From the sequence record NC_048053.1: 64,000 bases of DNA; one strand, given 5' to 3'. Made by a program: the position numbers and the translations under genes. This document shows, piece by piece, positions 1 through 9,297 of the stretch; within the stretch, counting starts at the first letter, position 1; the number at the start of each line of letters is the position of its first letter. The notes under the pieces are model-generated. The model did not search any database. It was not told where the DNA came from and saw nothing but the letters and a program-made list of their open reading frames with translations.

Positions 1-1420
1 CGTTAGGATCGAAAAGTCCGGTACGCGCCTGACGGCTTGCAACTTCCAGAATATAACCAACCATACGCTGAATAGGTACTTGCTGGAAAGCGCTGTCAGT
101 ATTCAGGAGCGTAAACGCTTCCCAAATTGCATAACCGCCACCCAACTGTTCCGGAAGTTTGCGCAGGTAGTTAATCTGTTCACGCGCAAGAGCATCGCGA
201 GCAGCCTGATCGTAAAGTTGCTTCGAACCATACACCTGTAAATTTTCAGATGCAGTAATACCAGCAGGAGCAAACCAAGTACCGCGATTGTTGTCCGTAG
301 CGCAATAAGCAGCAGCAACCTGACCAACAAACGGAACCCAAATATAACGCCCGGTATCTTCATCGAACTCTTTGATGTGCGGAGCATACAACGACATATT
401 TTTTGCGTTGATGTTCAGCGTTTGGCGGCGATAACGAATCGCTTTCGCTACAGTTTGTTCTGATTGCGGAATCGAACCGATAACGTGACAGTTGATGTGA
501 TTGTTTGCAGCCAACACCATGCCCCGATGGACGATATGATCATCCAGACCGCCAGACACCAAAAGAGTTACGCGCACTTCTTCCGGATCACCGAAATAAT
601 CCTGATAGGCTTGCGCCATCATATCGGAAGTAATTGCATCGCCATCACTTGCGCCAGCCATAAAAGCAAAATCGCTAGTGAGGAAATCAATATCGTGCGT
701 GAAATATTCGTTGCGAATAAAACGAATGTTTACGCTTTCATCGCGCAGCGCCGTTTCGAAACGATACTGACGACCCATATCATCAGCGTAATCGTTCAGA
801 GTACATTGAATCTGTTCGATAGGCGCACTGCCTTGCTGATAGTTTTGGAAAACTTCCACATAGAAAATTTTCGCGTTGTAGAGTTTGCGGTCACGAACGG
901 CATCCAAACCTTTTGGAACCGCAGGACGAATTTGAACGCTGATTTCATTGTTCCATTCGCCGGGGTTTTCACAAATGATATAACCAATAACGTTATCATT
1001 GAGAACATCATTAGGCAGGAAACCTAGCAGGTTCGGATCGTCAACACCGACAATATTTCCATCAGCATCCACGTAAGGAGTGATACTGATTTTTGGAACT
1101 ACTGCATCAGGATCATCAACAGAAACAACCAGTACCGCATATTTTGCGTTTTTTGTCAGACGCACATAATACAGTTGGTTCGTTTGTTTTGATACTTGAC
1201 GCGCGATGTAAAGACCCAATCCATATTTCGGATCGCGTTTACCGAAAGTATTGCTGAGAACAGAAGGTTCAAGAATCGGAACGCGTTGATTAACGGGGCC
1301 GCGTCTTGCACCACCTACGATCCCAACAATAGACGTTGACAGTGTTACACCTTCACCAGCAGAAAGATCTTTGGTTGCGGTATAAACGCCAGCCGACGTA
1401 TGCGTACTGTTAGTGGGCAT
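1..1420 (-). CDS. Tail sheath protein (runs off the left edge; absent from the ORF track)
   Basis: Hand translation from ATG 1420 (RBS AAGGAG): MPTNSTHTSAGVYTATKDLS...GIVGGARRGPVNQRVPI...FGKRDPKYGLG...WFAPAG...AREQINYL...QVPIQRM. The GxY start, G+VG..RGP and WFAPAG motifs are typical of sheath proteins. No stop codon before position 1. Confidence 0.9.
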   Translation of the reverse strand, partial: MPTNSTHTSAGVYTATKDLSAGEGVTLSTSIVGIVGGARRGPVNQRVPILEPSVLSNTFGKRDPKYGLGLYIARQVSKQTNQLYYVRLTKNAKYAVLVVSVDDPDAVVPKISITPYVDADGNIVGVDDPNLLGFLPNDVLNDNVIGYIICENPGEWNNEISVQIRPAVPKGLDAVRDRKLYNAKIFYVEVFQNYQQGSAPIEQIQCTLNDYADDMGRQYRFETALRDESVNIRFIRNEYFTHDIDFLTSDFAFMAGASDGDAITSDMMAQAYQDYFGDPEEVRVTLLVSGGLDDHIVHRGMVLAANNHINCHVIGSIPQSEQTVAKAIRYRRQTLNINAKNMSLYAPHIKEFDEDTGRYIWVPFVGQVAAAYCATDNNRGTWFAPAGITASENLQVYGSKQLYDQAARDALAREQINYLRKLPEQLGGGYAIWEAFTLLNTDSAFQQVPIQRMVGYILEVASRQARTGLFDPN

Positions 1421-1447
1421 CTTCATTTCTCCTTATTAGGACTAATG

Positions 1448-1456
1448 AAAATTATT
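1448..1456 (-). promoter_or_regulatory. TAATTTT motif, candidate late promoter
   Basis: AATAATTTT on the minus strand, 27 nt upstream of the sheath ATG; similar spacing at 22612, 35764 and 41668. Confidence 0.45.
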
Positions 1457-1471
1457 GAGATCGCAGTAGAA

Positions 1472-1503
1472 ATGAAAAAGGGCAGCATATTTGCCACCCT
1501 TTT
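1472..1503 (-). terminator. Rho-independent terminator, GGGTGGC/GCTGCCC family
   Basis: Minus strand reads GGGTGGC-AAATAT-GCTGCCC-TTTTTCATTT right after the DHH gene stop. Confidence 0.85.
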
Positions 1504-1507
1504 AGGA

Positions 1508-2554
1508 TCATACGTTGATTTGTTTGTAATCCGGATTGATTTCAGGATAAAACGTATCAAAAGTTTTTCGAGACATAACACAACCAGCAGCATTAACGTG
1601 ACCGTCACCGCCAAAGCTGTTTGCCACTGAACGCGCACTGATTGGACTATCTGCATCGCTTCGCACGCTACAGAAAACTTTTTCAGGTTCCGCATTATCT
1701 GGAGCGCAACGAACAATCAACACCAGTTTAACGCCGGGATTGTTATCACGAATCCACTGAGCAGCATCGGAACCAATTGCGCGGGATGTGCTCATAATCG
1801 CGTGACGTTGAGCAATGATATCGTTCGGTTCGTAAATCTTTCCGTTTGCTTTGAAAAGTTTTTCGATGTGCTCATTACGTTCTTTAATGCGCTGTTCGCC
1901 AAGAGAAATAATCTCTTCGACATTTCCATTCATCACAATATTGCGAGCGTTTGCAATAGTGCTAGGAACAGAAGAATGCAGCACGCCAGTTTCTTCTTTG
2001 TCTGCGAACATTTCGCGAGAATATCCGTCATAAAAAGCAAAGGCGCGTTTGTTCTGCAACTGCCACGTATCACGATCACTGACCAACTGAACGATACGCA
2101 TCAGATTACCAATCATCGACATGACACGCGGGGAGCCGTTACTGAACTGAGTAATCACTCCAAAGTAACTGAGCATAGCGCCAGAATGTTGAGAAGAAAA
2201 CACAACGTTAGTGCTAGGCTGAATACCCAACGCTTCACATTCTGTTTTATACTTCTCCATACTGCGCGTATCGTGATGATCAAACACGTACAGATCGTTT
2301 TTGTAAAATGCAGTTAAGTCTGCCAACTGTCTTTCGTTGATAGCGATATCAACAAAATAGATGCGATCATACGAGCGAATTTCCGGCAATAAATGCAGCG
2401 GAACATTATCAGATGTTACAGCATCAGCTTCCTCCGGATGAGCATGATCCAAAGCCAGATAATGAATAACATCCATTGGAAACGCTAACGATACTGTCGC
2501 AGCAGCGAACGATCCGTCAGAGCACGCGTTATGATAAACAATTAAGATTCGCAT
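1508..2554 (-). CDS. DHH/DHHA1 family phosphoesterase
   Basis: Motifs YH..CSDG, FVD, FDHH, SDRDTW, and C-terminal SVRS...FGGDGHVNAAG. Confidence 0.9.
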   Translation of the reverse strand: MRILIVYHNACSDGSFAAATVSLAFPMDVIHYLALDHAHPEEADAVTSDNVPLHLLPEIRSYDRIYFVDIAINERQLADLTAFYKNDLYVFDHHDTRSMEKYKTECEALGIQPSTNVVFSSQHSGAMLSYFGVITQFSNGSPRVMSMIGNLMRIVQLVSDRDTWQLQNKRAFAFYDGYSREMFADKEETGVLHSSVPSTIANARNIVMNGNVEEIISLGEQRIKERNEHIEKLFKANGKIYEPNDIIAQRHAIMSTSRAIGSDAAQWIRDNNPGVKLVLIVRCAPDNAEPEKVFCSVRSDADSPISARSVANSFGGDGHVNAAGCVMSRKTFDTFYPEINPDYKQINV

Positions 2555-3396
2555 TGAGAAAAATCGCCTTTTAATAATGCAAGCAATTGAGAGCGTTTGC
2601 GCCTCAACGCAGCTTCGAACTGTTGAGCCGCTCTTTCACGACCTTCTTCAATTTCAAGAAGATGAAGCACCCAACTTGTCGTCTGTTTAATTTCCAAAAT
2701 CTCTTCTTGCAGTTGACGCTTGCGTAAACGTAATGCCATTACACGCTCAAAAAGATTTTGCTTACCGTATGGTTTTCCGAAAACCTTAATATAGATTTTC
2801 TCCAACCACTCCAAATTAAGACTTTCGACCGCTTGCACTGCCTGACGGAATAAATGAACTCTGCTTGTATTGCCACAACGATCCGGATGAGTGCGAGAGG
2901 CGATTGCGAAATAAATTTTGCGGCATTTTTTGGATACCGACATTTTCTCTTCTGCTTGCTGGCGAAGTTCGTTGTCATGACTATTAAAGCCATCATCGTC
3001 TTCGTCAATATCCGGGCGATCATCGTCGTCGCGAGAAGAGTTGAATTCTAAATCGGCTTTTGCATCAGGATCATCTTCGTCTTCGTTTTCTAAATCAACA
3101 TCATCTTCGTCAACAACTTCGTTTTCCTTTTCGAATTTTTCCTCAACCTGCAAAAGAAGTTCTTCAACTTCATCCACCAGATCTTGAAAACGACTCTCCA
3201 TGTACTTACGGGTAGTTGTTGCGCGAGTTTCTGTCATTTCTTTTTCGAATTCCAGACGCTCGATTTCATGCTCAAGTTCAACGTATTCTGACTGCGCATT
3301 TGCTTCGCGTTCAGCAGTTGTTTCTGAATTGTCTTCTTCGATTTCTTTAATCGGTGCAGGAAGAGAAACAGGAACAAGGCTAAAAGATTTTTGCAT
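2542..3396 (-). CDS. Acidic coiled-coil protein with a J-domain-like (HPD) module
   Basis: CRKIYFAIASRTHPDRCGN...FRQAVQAVE matches J-domain helix II-HPD-helix III; preceded by an Asp/Glu-rich tract. Confidence 0.65.
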   Translation of the reverse strand: MQKSFSLVPVSLPAPIKEIEEDNSETTAEREANAQSEYVELEHEIERLEFEKEMTETRATTTRKYMESRFQDLVDEVEELLLQVEEKFEKENEVVDEDDVDLENEDEDDPDAKADLEFNSSRDDDDRPDIDEDDDGFNSHDNELRQQAEEKMSVSKKCRKIYFAIASRTHPDRCGNTSRVHLFRQAVQAVESLNLEWLEKIYIKVFGKPYGKQNLFERVMALRLRKRQLQEEILEIKQTTSWVLHLLEIEEGRERAAQQFEAALRRKRSQLLALLKGDFSQCES

Positions 3397-3400
3397 GGCA

Positions 3401-3610
3401 TTAACTCGCTTCGGAAGGAGAAGAGATCAACGCCGCCATAGGCATCGCAACAAGTTGTTTGATGCGATCCGGGCAGCTTGGATGACGCTTGAGATTCTTC
3501 TCAAGCCACTGTTTATTCTGACCAGAACGAGAAACGTTGCAGCGGAAAGAAGGCAGATTCAATTCAGAGTTTGCCAACAAAGTATTCAATTCATCCAGCA
3601 GTGTTTTCAA
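3401..3610 (-). CDS. Hypothetical protein (69 aa)
   Basis: Fills the gap in the operon and overlaps the upstream stop codon. Confidence 0.7.
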   Translation of the reverse strand: MKTLLDELNTLLANSELNLPSFRCNVSRSGQNKQWLEKNLKRHPSCPDRIKQLVAMPMAALISSPSEAS

Positions 3611-4251
3611 TTTGCCCCACCTATAATAAGTTCAAGTAAATTTGTCACAACGTTTTCTGGCCCTATGCTTAATGCAGAATCGCATTCCAGAAAAAGTCTA
3701 TTGTTAAACATTTCAGTCGGATCAATCGTGCCGCCAGTTACAACAACACGAGGAATATCACTAAACATTGAAAGCAAATCGCGAAGACGTTCCATCTTGT
3801 ATTGCGTGCTGTCAACTACAACGTTCGTGATAACTAAAAAATTCGGACGATGATTTCTGACACGCTCATAATCAAGTTTGTCGCCATACAATGTAACCCA
3901 ACGAGGCTTACGAGTTACACTGATTGAATCCATGTACGCATTGCGAAATGCGTGAAGCGCAAAGATTTTCGCTCGCGTATCATTCGGAAAACTACTCACA
4001 ACATGAATGCCCTGAGCTTCAAGCGGAGTGTCTAAAAGTTTTGCGGCAAGGTTAAGTTGTTTGCGCTTACTCACCAGTTTGGTTTTGAAATACGGAGAGA
4101 TTGTTTTGAAATCTTGCACCGCTTCCATCAAATCGTATTCACGTTTTTCACCAAACAAAAGCCCGGCATCCACACCGAGCGTTCTCAATTTATTAGATAC
4201 TTCTGTTTTGAAAGAAAAATCCAAAAGTTTTCCAGACATAATCAAATCCAA
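3607..4251 (-). CDS. Hypothetical protein, possibly a degenerate DnaC/IstB-like AAA+ fold
   Basis: NFLVITNV...MERLRDLLSMF.DIPRVVVT resembles the Walker B/sensor region of DnaC-like loaders; no intact GKT. Confidence 0.6.
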   Translation of the reverse strand: MDLIMSGKLLDFSFKTEVSNKLRTLGVDAGLLFGEKREYDLMEAVQDFKTISPYFKTKLVSKRKQLNLAAKLLDTPLEAQGIHVVSSFPNDTRAKIFALHAFRNAYMDSISVTRKPRWVTLYGDKLDYERVRNHRPNFLVITNVVVDSTQYKMERLRDLLSMFSDIPRVVVTGGTIDPTEMFNNRLFLECDSALSIGPENVVTNLLELIIGGAN

Positions 4252-4272
4252 TTTAAAGAGCTTATGCCTATA

Positions 4273-4283
4273 GTTTACAGATT
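4273..4283 (-). promoter_or_regulatory. AATCTGTAAA motif, candidate phage promoter
   Basis: AATCTGTAAAC about 20 nt upstream of ATG 4251. Confidence 0.6.
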
Positions 4284-4556
4284 TGGGAACAAACGCAGTA
4301 CACGCAGAGTAAGTGTGGCGTTTCCAGAAACCTCCATACGCATCATTCCGGGAGCGCTGAATTGGACTGATCCGGTATCGTAGGAAACGTTGATAAGTTG
4401 AAGAACGTTAGGGATTGTAATAATCCCTTCAATTTCTAAAGATGCAGGTTCGTGCTGTTTGTTTGTAACTTGCAACGAAATGTCTTTATAAACTTTTTCG
4501 ACAATTGCGTAAGGAAGTTCGATAACAACATCAGAAGTGCTGATAGTCTGACACAT
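4275..4556 (-). CDS. Hypothetical protein (start 4556 preferred over 4667)
   Basis: ATG 4556 follows the upstream stop at 4573 and avoids a 95-nt overlap. Confidence 0.6.
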   Translation of the reverse strand: MCQTISTSDVVIELPYAIVEKVYKDISLQVTNKQHEPASLEIEGIITIPNVLQLINVSYDTGSVQFSAPGMMRMEVSGNATLTLRVLRLFPNL

Positions 4557-4572
4557 GAAGGGAATCTCTCTG

Positions 4573-4956
4573 TTACCAGTAAGGAAGATCGAATTGGATG
4601 AATGAGTAGCTAAACACCACTCGCCATCCGGAAGTTGAAGTATCAGATGGGAAAATCTGATAGTCATGCAGAATCAATCGGCCTTGCTGCCCGTCCTGTA
4701 ACGCATCGTCGTACTCTGCAAAATAAGAGCCAGCTTTAATCACGTCTGCGATTTCTTGCGGGTTAAGACCTTGAGCACGCGCTTCTTCCGGAATTTCATA
4801 CGTCAGTTTATGGCGTTCTGGAACGTGGGAGAGATATGCGTCAACGTCTTTTGAAATCCAATCGAAATGACTGTAACCCAACGCACGACAAACTGCGTGA
4901 TTGAGATCGGGAAATTCGTTCTTACTGAACAGGTGTAGAACTTGATCCTGCCTCAT
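4573..4956 (-). CDS. Hypothetical protein (MRQDQVLHLF...)
   Basis: GGAGGA RBS upstream of ATG 4956. Confidence 0.7.
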   Translation of the reverse strand: MRQDQVLHLFSKNEFPDLNHAVCRALGYSHFDWISKDVDAYLSHVPERHKLTYEIPEEARAQGLNPQEIADVIKAGSYFAEYDDALQDGQQGRLILHDYQIFPSDTSTSGWRVVFSYSFIQFDLPYW

Positions 4957-5260
4957 CAGTTTCCTCCAAATCTTTGCGAACGGTAATACTGTCCGGATCA
5001 ACGCGGTAATTAAGAAACGCATCGTATGCGTCACTATCATCACGTTTACGAATTTGAATATCACCAAAGATCGTAACCTTATCACCAGCGTCAAACAGTT
5101 CGCTCACAATCGAACGAACTACAGATTGCTTGTGGCAATACTGATTGTAGGTTACGGTCACTTGACGATCCCCATTGAATCCGGGAGTGGATTCAACGGA
5201 AATTCGCATACTTTGATCACGTCCAGTACGAATAATATCTTCGAGGGTAATATCGTACAT
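4922..5260 (-). CDS. Hypothetical protein, possible OB-fold
   Basis: GDKVTIFGDIQIRK resembles the SSB/PriB strand G..V.IEG.L.TRK. Confidence 0.6.
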   Translation of the reverse strand: MYDITLEDIIRTGRDQSMRISVESTPGFNGDRQVTVTYNQYCHKQSVVRSIVSELFDAGDKVTIFGDIQIRKRDDSDAYDAFLNYRVDPDSITVRKDLEETDEAGSSSTPVQ

Positions 5261-5265
5261 GGCAT

Positions 5266-6876
5266 TTATCCAAATAAACTTTTACGCGATTGCTCGTCGT
5301 TCGGAGTAAAATAATCAGGCAAACCATCACCCAACACATCGTTGCGATCAGTTACGCCAAAATACTTCTCCAGTTTCGCCGGAGTACGTTTAGCTTTTTC
5401 ATAACCAAACTTCCAGCACATCTTCAATACAGAGCGTGCGCACTGCATAGATTTTTCCATTCGCGGATCAATAAACATTCGAATGACAGGAGTTTTCTTT
5501 CCTTCCATCGGCGTTAGAATACGACACGATTCCTGTTTCCAGTTCGGTTCGTTATTCATAGGCATAATGTAATAAAGAGTATCCCATTTAGGAATGTTGA
5601 TACCACGCTGCATCAGTTTACGCATACCAACAATGCAACGAATCTTACCTTCACGCGCTGCATCGATTACAGGTTTACGTTTCTTCGCCTCTCGCGCACC
5701 GCCTAAGAACACTGCCGCAACTTCTTCGCAATAATGTTCGTTGATTCGGCGTACAAGTTTATGCGCCTGATCCGTAAAGTTAATCGGAATGGCGAGAGAT
5801 CGGCCTGCATCCAAATCTTTAATAATCCAACGGAAAATCTCTTCATTGCGATCCGGATGCGCTGCGAGGAATTTATTAAAATAAACCCAACCAGCTTTGC
5901 CATTATATTTCTGGCGGTTATAAACTTTGTTCGACGTTTTATGAATAGTGATTTTCGGAACCATTTCTTCAACAAACGCTTCTGCCACAACCGGGCCAAA
6001 TGTAGACGTTACTCGGTAGGAAAGCCCGTCCTTGCGTGCAGGGGTCGCGGTCAGACCATAACGATATTTCATTTTCACGCTTGCAAGAATCTTCGTATAA
6101 GTCGGAGCACCTGCCGCGTGAATTTCATCAACTATGATCGTGCCAAAATGTTTATTGAGAAGTTTGAGTCGCTTCTTCGCAACTTTACTTTTCTCAAGTA
6201 ACGATTGATACGTCACCAAAACAATTTGGAAATTCTCATAGTCTTCGAGTTTCTTTGGAAAACCAAACAGTTTCTTTCCGTGCTTCTCTTCCAGTTCCGG
6301 AAGATTCGTCATGCTTTCGATTGTTTCATAAAAACCATCAAGGAAATCTTTTTGGTCAGCCATGATTACGGTTTTATATCCGTGCGCACACGCAATATAA
6401 GTTCCGCAAACTGTTTTACCTGAACGTGGTGGTGCTTTTAACAGCCCGCACAATTCATCCATTAAATCCGCTACAGGTTTCTTTTGGTACTCGCGCAGAC
6501 TTCCAGTGAATTTCACTTTATAGTCATAAGGCACGCGAGTAGTTTTATTTACGAAGCGCACACGATCTAAAGGCAATCCTGTTAACTTCGGAAAGCGGTG
6601 CATTTCTCCATAAGGAATAGATACAACTTTTTTACCGTCAACCGTATCAAGTTTACCTAATACCGTGACACCAACCAGACCGCCAGTTTCGCAAACATTA
6701 CATTCCGTGCTAGGCCGCTGAGAGCGAAACTCACAATTTTTGCAGATCGAATCTTCAAATTGGTAGCGAGTGAGTTTCTTGATTATCTTCGGCGCATCAA
6801 CAACCTTAACCGGAATATGCAAGCGACTATCGACAACCACATTAATGCGATCATCGTCTTTGATTTTCTTAGCCAC
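5266..6876 (-). CDS. uvsW: SF2 DNA helicase, UvsW/XPB-like, with N-terminal Zn finger
   Basis: APPRSGKT (Walker A), DEIH, GLTATP, RGINIP; CKNC...CNVC near the N-terminus. Confidence 0.85.
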   Translation of the reverse strand: MAKKIKDDDRINVVVDSRLHIPVKVVDAPKIIKKLTRYQFEDSICKNCEFRSQRPSTECNVCETGGLVGVTVLGKLDTVDGKKVVSIPYGEMHRFPKLTGLPLDRVRFVNKTTRVPYDYKVKFTGSLREYQKKPVADLMDELCGLLKAPPRSGKTVCGTYIACAHGYKTVIMADQKDFLDGFYETIESMTNLPELEEKHGKKLFGFPKKLEDYENFQIVLVTYQSLLEKSKVAKKRLKLLNKHFGTIIVDEIHAAGAPTYTKILASVKMKYRYGLTATPARKDGLSYRVTSTFGPVVAEAFVEEMVPKITIHKTSNKVYNRQKYNGKAGWVYFNKFLAAHPDRNEEIFRWIIKDLDAGRSLAIPINFTDQAHKLVRRINEHYCEEVAAVFLGGAREAKKRKPVIDAAREGKIRCIVGMRKLMQRGINIPKWDTLYYIMPMNNEPNWKQESCRILTPMEGKKTPVIRMFIDPRMEKSMQCARSVLKMCWKFGYEKAKRTPAKLEKYFGVTDRNDVLGDGLPDYFTPNDEQSRKSLFG

Positions 6877-6878
6877 GA

Positions 6879-7460
6879 TTATTTCCTATTAGGCAATCCG
6901 TATTCACGTTGATTAATCAGGCCGAGAGTATCGACTAAGGTTTTGAATGCGTAACCTGCTTTATCAATGTCCTTGACGTACAGATCAATCTTCGCAATCA
7001 GTGATCCCAAATTATCGCAATATCGGTAATAGTCAGCCATAATATTCTTTACAGCACGCTCACGCTCTTTGGCTGCACCGATAGCTTTTAAATCGTTGCC
7101 ATATGCCACCGTAACGTAATCCTGAAAGCGACTTAAAAGATCAGTGAGTGTTTTATAACTCTCACTGAGAATAGCTAAAATTTCTGTCATACGACTACGG
7201 TAGCTTTGATCCTGCACAACACTTTCAGCAAGTTTATCAAGCGCCTTCGGTGAGCTTACAGAAAGAGAGCGAACCTTACGCATGGCAAACAGATCATCTA
7301 CCTCCTGCGAATACTGCGCGAGTGGTAGTTGAAAGAGATCTTCTGTTTTAAACAGTGCGCGGATTTTTTTATAACGCTTGTCGTCCTTTACTTTCAAGCG
7401 TATGCGCGAAAGATCATCCATCGGAGTTTTCTTTGGCATGTTAATCCTTATCCGTGACAA
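6879..7460 (-). CDS. Helical protein, candidate UvsY-like recombination mediator
   Basis: Adjacent to the UvsW-like helicase; C-terminal YVKDIDKAGYAFKTLVD resembles the UvsY C-terminal pattern as I recall it. Confidence 0.45.
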   Translation of the reverse strand: MSRIRINMPKKTPMDDLSRIRLKVKDDKRYKKIRALFKTEDLFQLPLAQYSQEVDDLFAMRKVRSLSVSSPKALDKLAESVVQDQSYRSRMTEILAILSESYKTLTDLLSRFQDYVTVAYGNDLKAIGAAKERERAVKNIMADYYRYCDNLGSLIAKIDLYVKDIDKAGYAFKTLVDTLGLINQREYGLPNRK

Positions 7461-7869
7461 GTAGACTGCTTTCCGGAACCTTTGCAGGCATTGCGAAAAA
7501 ACTTCCGCTGTTGTCGTGGAATACTAACAGCCCGCCGGATTGCGCTTCCGTAGGGCAGGTGAATGTATGCAGCACTTCGTTAGGTGGTGTATATGCAACT
7601 GTAAGGCGATTGAACTTACACCATCGCGCAGTGACTTCCAAAAGCGATCCAACAATTGTATCGCTCAATCTTAAATAAGACTGTTTAAAATTATTGCCAT
7701 GCTGCAAAGGAGCGGCGCTATCACAATCAATTGTAGTTCCGTACACAGGCTTTGTGATAATGATAAACCTGCGAATGCCGCGACTGCCTTCAATTTCATA
7801 AAGTATATCGCGGGGAACTTCGGAAATGGAGCCAACAATTTGACCCCGACGAAATGAGATATTACTCAT
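7441..7869 (-). CDS. Hypothetical protein (MSNISFRRG...)
   Basis: ATGA overlap with the clamp gene stop at 7866-7869. Confidence 0.7.
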   Translation of the reverse strand: MSNISFRRGQIVGSISEVPRDILYEIEGSRGIRRFIIITKPVYGTTIDCDSAAPLQHGNNFKQSYLRLSDTIVGSLLEVTARWCKFNRLTVAYTPPNEVLHTFTCPTEAQSGGLLVFHDNSGSFFAMPAKVPESSLLVTDKD

Positions 7870-9041
7870 GCTGGAATGAATCCATAGTAGGTCAACTGGC
7901 AATCTTTCAGTTGATAATACAAACTCATCGCTTTGAATTTTTTAAGCGTCCCGTGGAATCCTAACAGGTGTTCCTTTTCGCGTCCGATATTGCGCAGCAT
8001 TTCTCGTAAGATACGAATATCAAACTGAGATTCAAACGGACGCTCTACCGCAGATTCGAGAAGAAGGCTATCGCGCACGCTGCCGCTATCGTTATCAAAA
8101 CCAATGTGCATCGTTTTCTTTTCGACGCTAACGTTAACACGCGTATTCGCTTTAACGTCAACCAACGTATAGATGTTTTCAAACGGTGCCGACATATCGC
8201 CTTTGATCTTCAAACTCATCAGCGCTTTACCCATCGCGTTTTCCATTACGTCGATGTACTGATAATCCTGATCGGTACTTTGAATCGGAGGTAATGTGAG
8301 AACAAAATCTTCCGACTCTGCCGCGAAGCTGTTCGTGTCTGCGAAGAAACTGATTTTGTTTTTGCCGCAGAACTTCATTACCAGATCGAACATTTCAACC
8401 GACAAACTGAAACGGAAAGAATCAACTTTGTCTTCCAACTTGGTAACGTATTTAGAACTTGCCCAATTCGATACCGAGGCGACACGCATGTTTTTGCCTT
8501 CACACTCGATTCGACAAATGACGCTGGCCTGCGTGATTGTGTCTTTGATTCGGCAAAGACGAACACCTTCAACCATCTTATCGATAACTTCCTGCGACAT
8601 TTCGTTGCCGCCGGATAAGTGGTGACGCAGACCTTCGTTAACCATCGGAATCTGTTCAGGTGAAATAGGACGCACTTTAAATTTACTGGAATAACGCCCT
8701 TTTACTTCCTGCATTTCAACTTCGCGCCCGGTATACATCGCAGTCATAGAACTGCGCTTCGCAATCAGACCGTCAATCTGCGCAGGATCGATGTTGAATA
8801 CTGTATCGCCATCGGCAATCGCATTCGGAACCAGATGAGCAACAAACGTGTCTGGAGTACGACCGATCACAAACACGTTTGACTTGTAACTACAAATCAA
8901 ATGAATATGAGTCAGTTTATCGTTACTCTGAGAAAACTTAGTTACGCTATCGACCTTCTTTAAGATCGCAGAGAGTTCTTTTGCGTCGAACTTAAATCCG
9001 ACGTTGGTAATAGGACGATCCGGTAACTTACACTTTTTCAT
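7866..9041 (-). CDS. dnaN: DNA sliding clamp, DnaN (beta)-like
   Basis: About 390 aa with three-domain clamp periodicity; N-terminal FKFDAKELSAILKKV; located in the replication cluster. Confidence 0.7.
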   Translation of the reverse strand: MKKCKLPDRPITNVGFKFDAKELSAILKKVDSVTKFSQSNDKLTHIHLICSYKSNVFVIGRTPDTFVAHLVPNAIADGDTVFNIDPAQIDGLIAKRSSMTAMYTGREVEMQEVKGRYSSKFKVRPISPEQIPMVNEGLRHHLSGGNEMSQEVIDKMVEGVRLCRIKDTITQASVICRIECEGKNMRVASVSNWASSKYVTKLEDKVDSFRFSLSVEMFDLVMKFCGKNKISFFADTNSFAAESEDFVLTLPPIQSTDQDYQYIDVMENAMGKALMSLKIKGDMSAPFENIYTLVDVKANTRVNVSVEKKTMHIGFDNDSGSVRDSLLLESAVERPFESQFDIRILREMLRNIGREKEHLLGFHGTLKKFKAMSLYYQLKDCQLTYYGFIPA

Positions 9042-9297
9042 TCGACTCCACCACAAATTGAATTTGGTTGTTAACTCGCACCGACGCGATTCTCTTTCCT
9101 GATTTACAGAAAAGACCGTTCAAGATCCCCACAAGATCTGTAACGTGACTACCAGACGTAGCCGCGTAAACTTCAATGTCATCCGGAATGTCATTCGGAT
9201 TTAGGTGCCACAAAGTTCGTAGCACCGCATTGAAAGTTTCTGAACGTTCGACGAGGTTTCTGTTTAAAAACGTGCAAACGTCTTCGATACTAATCAT
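9028..9297 (-). CDS. Hypothetical protein (89 aa)
   Basis: Overlaps both neighbours in operon fashion. Confidence 0.7.
   Translation of the reverse strand: MISIEDVCTFLNRNLVERSETFNAVLRTLWHLNPNDIPDDIEVYAATSGSHVTDLVGILNGLFCKSGKRIASVRVNNQIQFVVESNEKV
9111..9122 (-). promoter_or_regulatory. CTGTAAAT motif upstream of the clamp gene
   Basis: TTTCTGTAAATC about 70 nt upstream of ATG 9041. Confidence 0.4.

Noticed and set aside
464-1027. 187-aa plus-strand ORF (and the 103-387 and 796-1011 ORFs)
   Set aside because: All lie within the tail sheath CDS, which the ORF track missed because it has no stop in the window.
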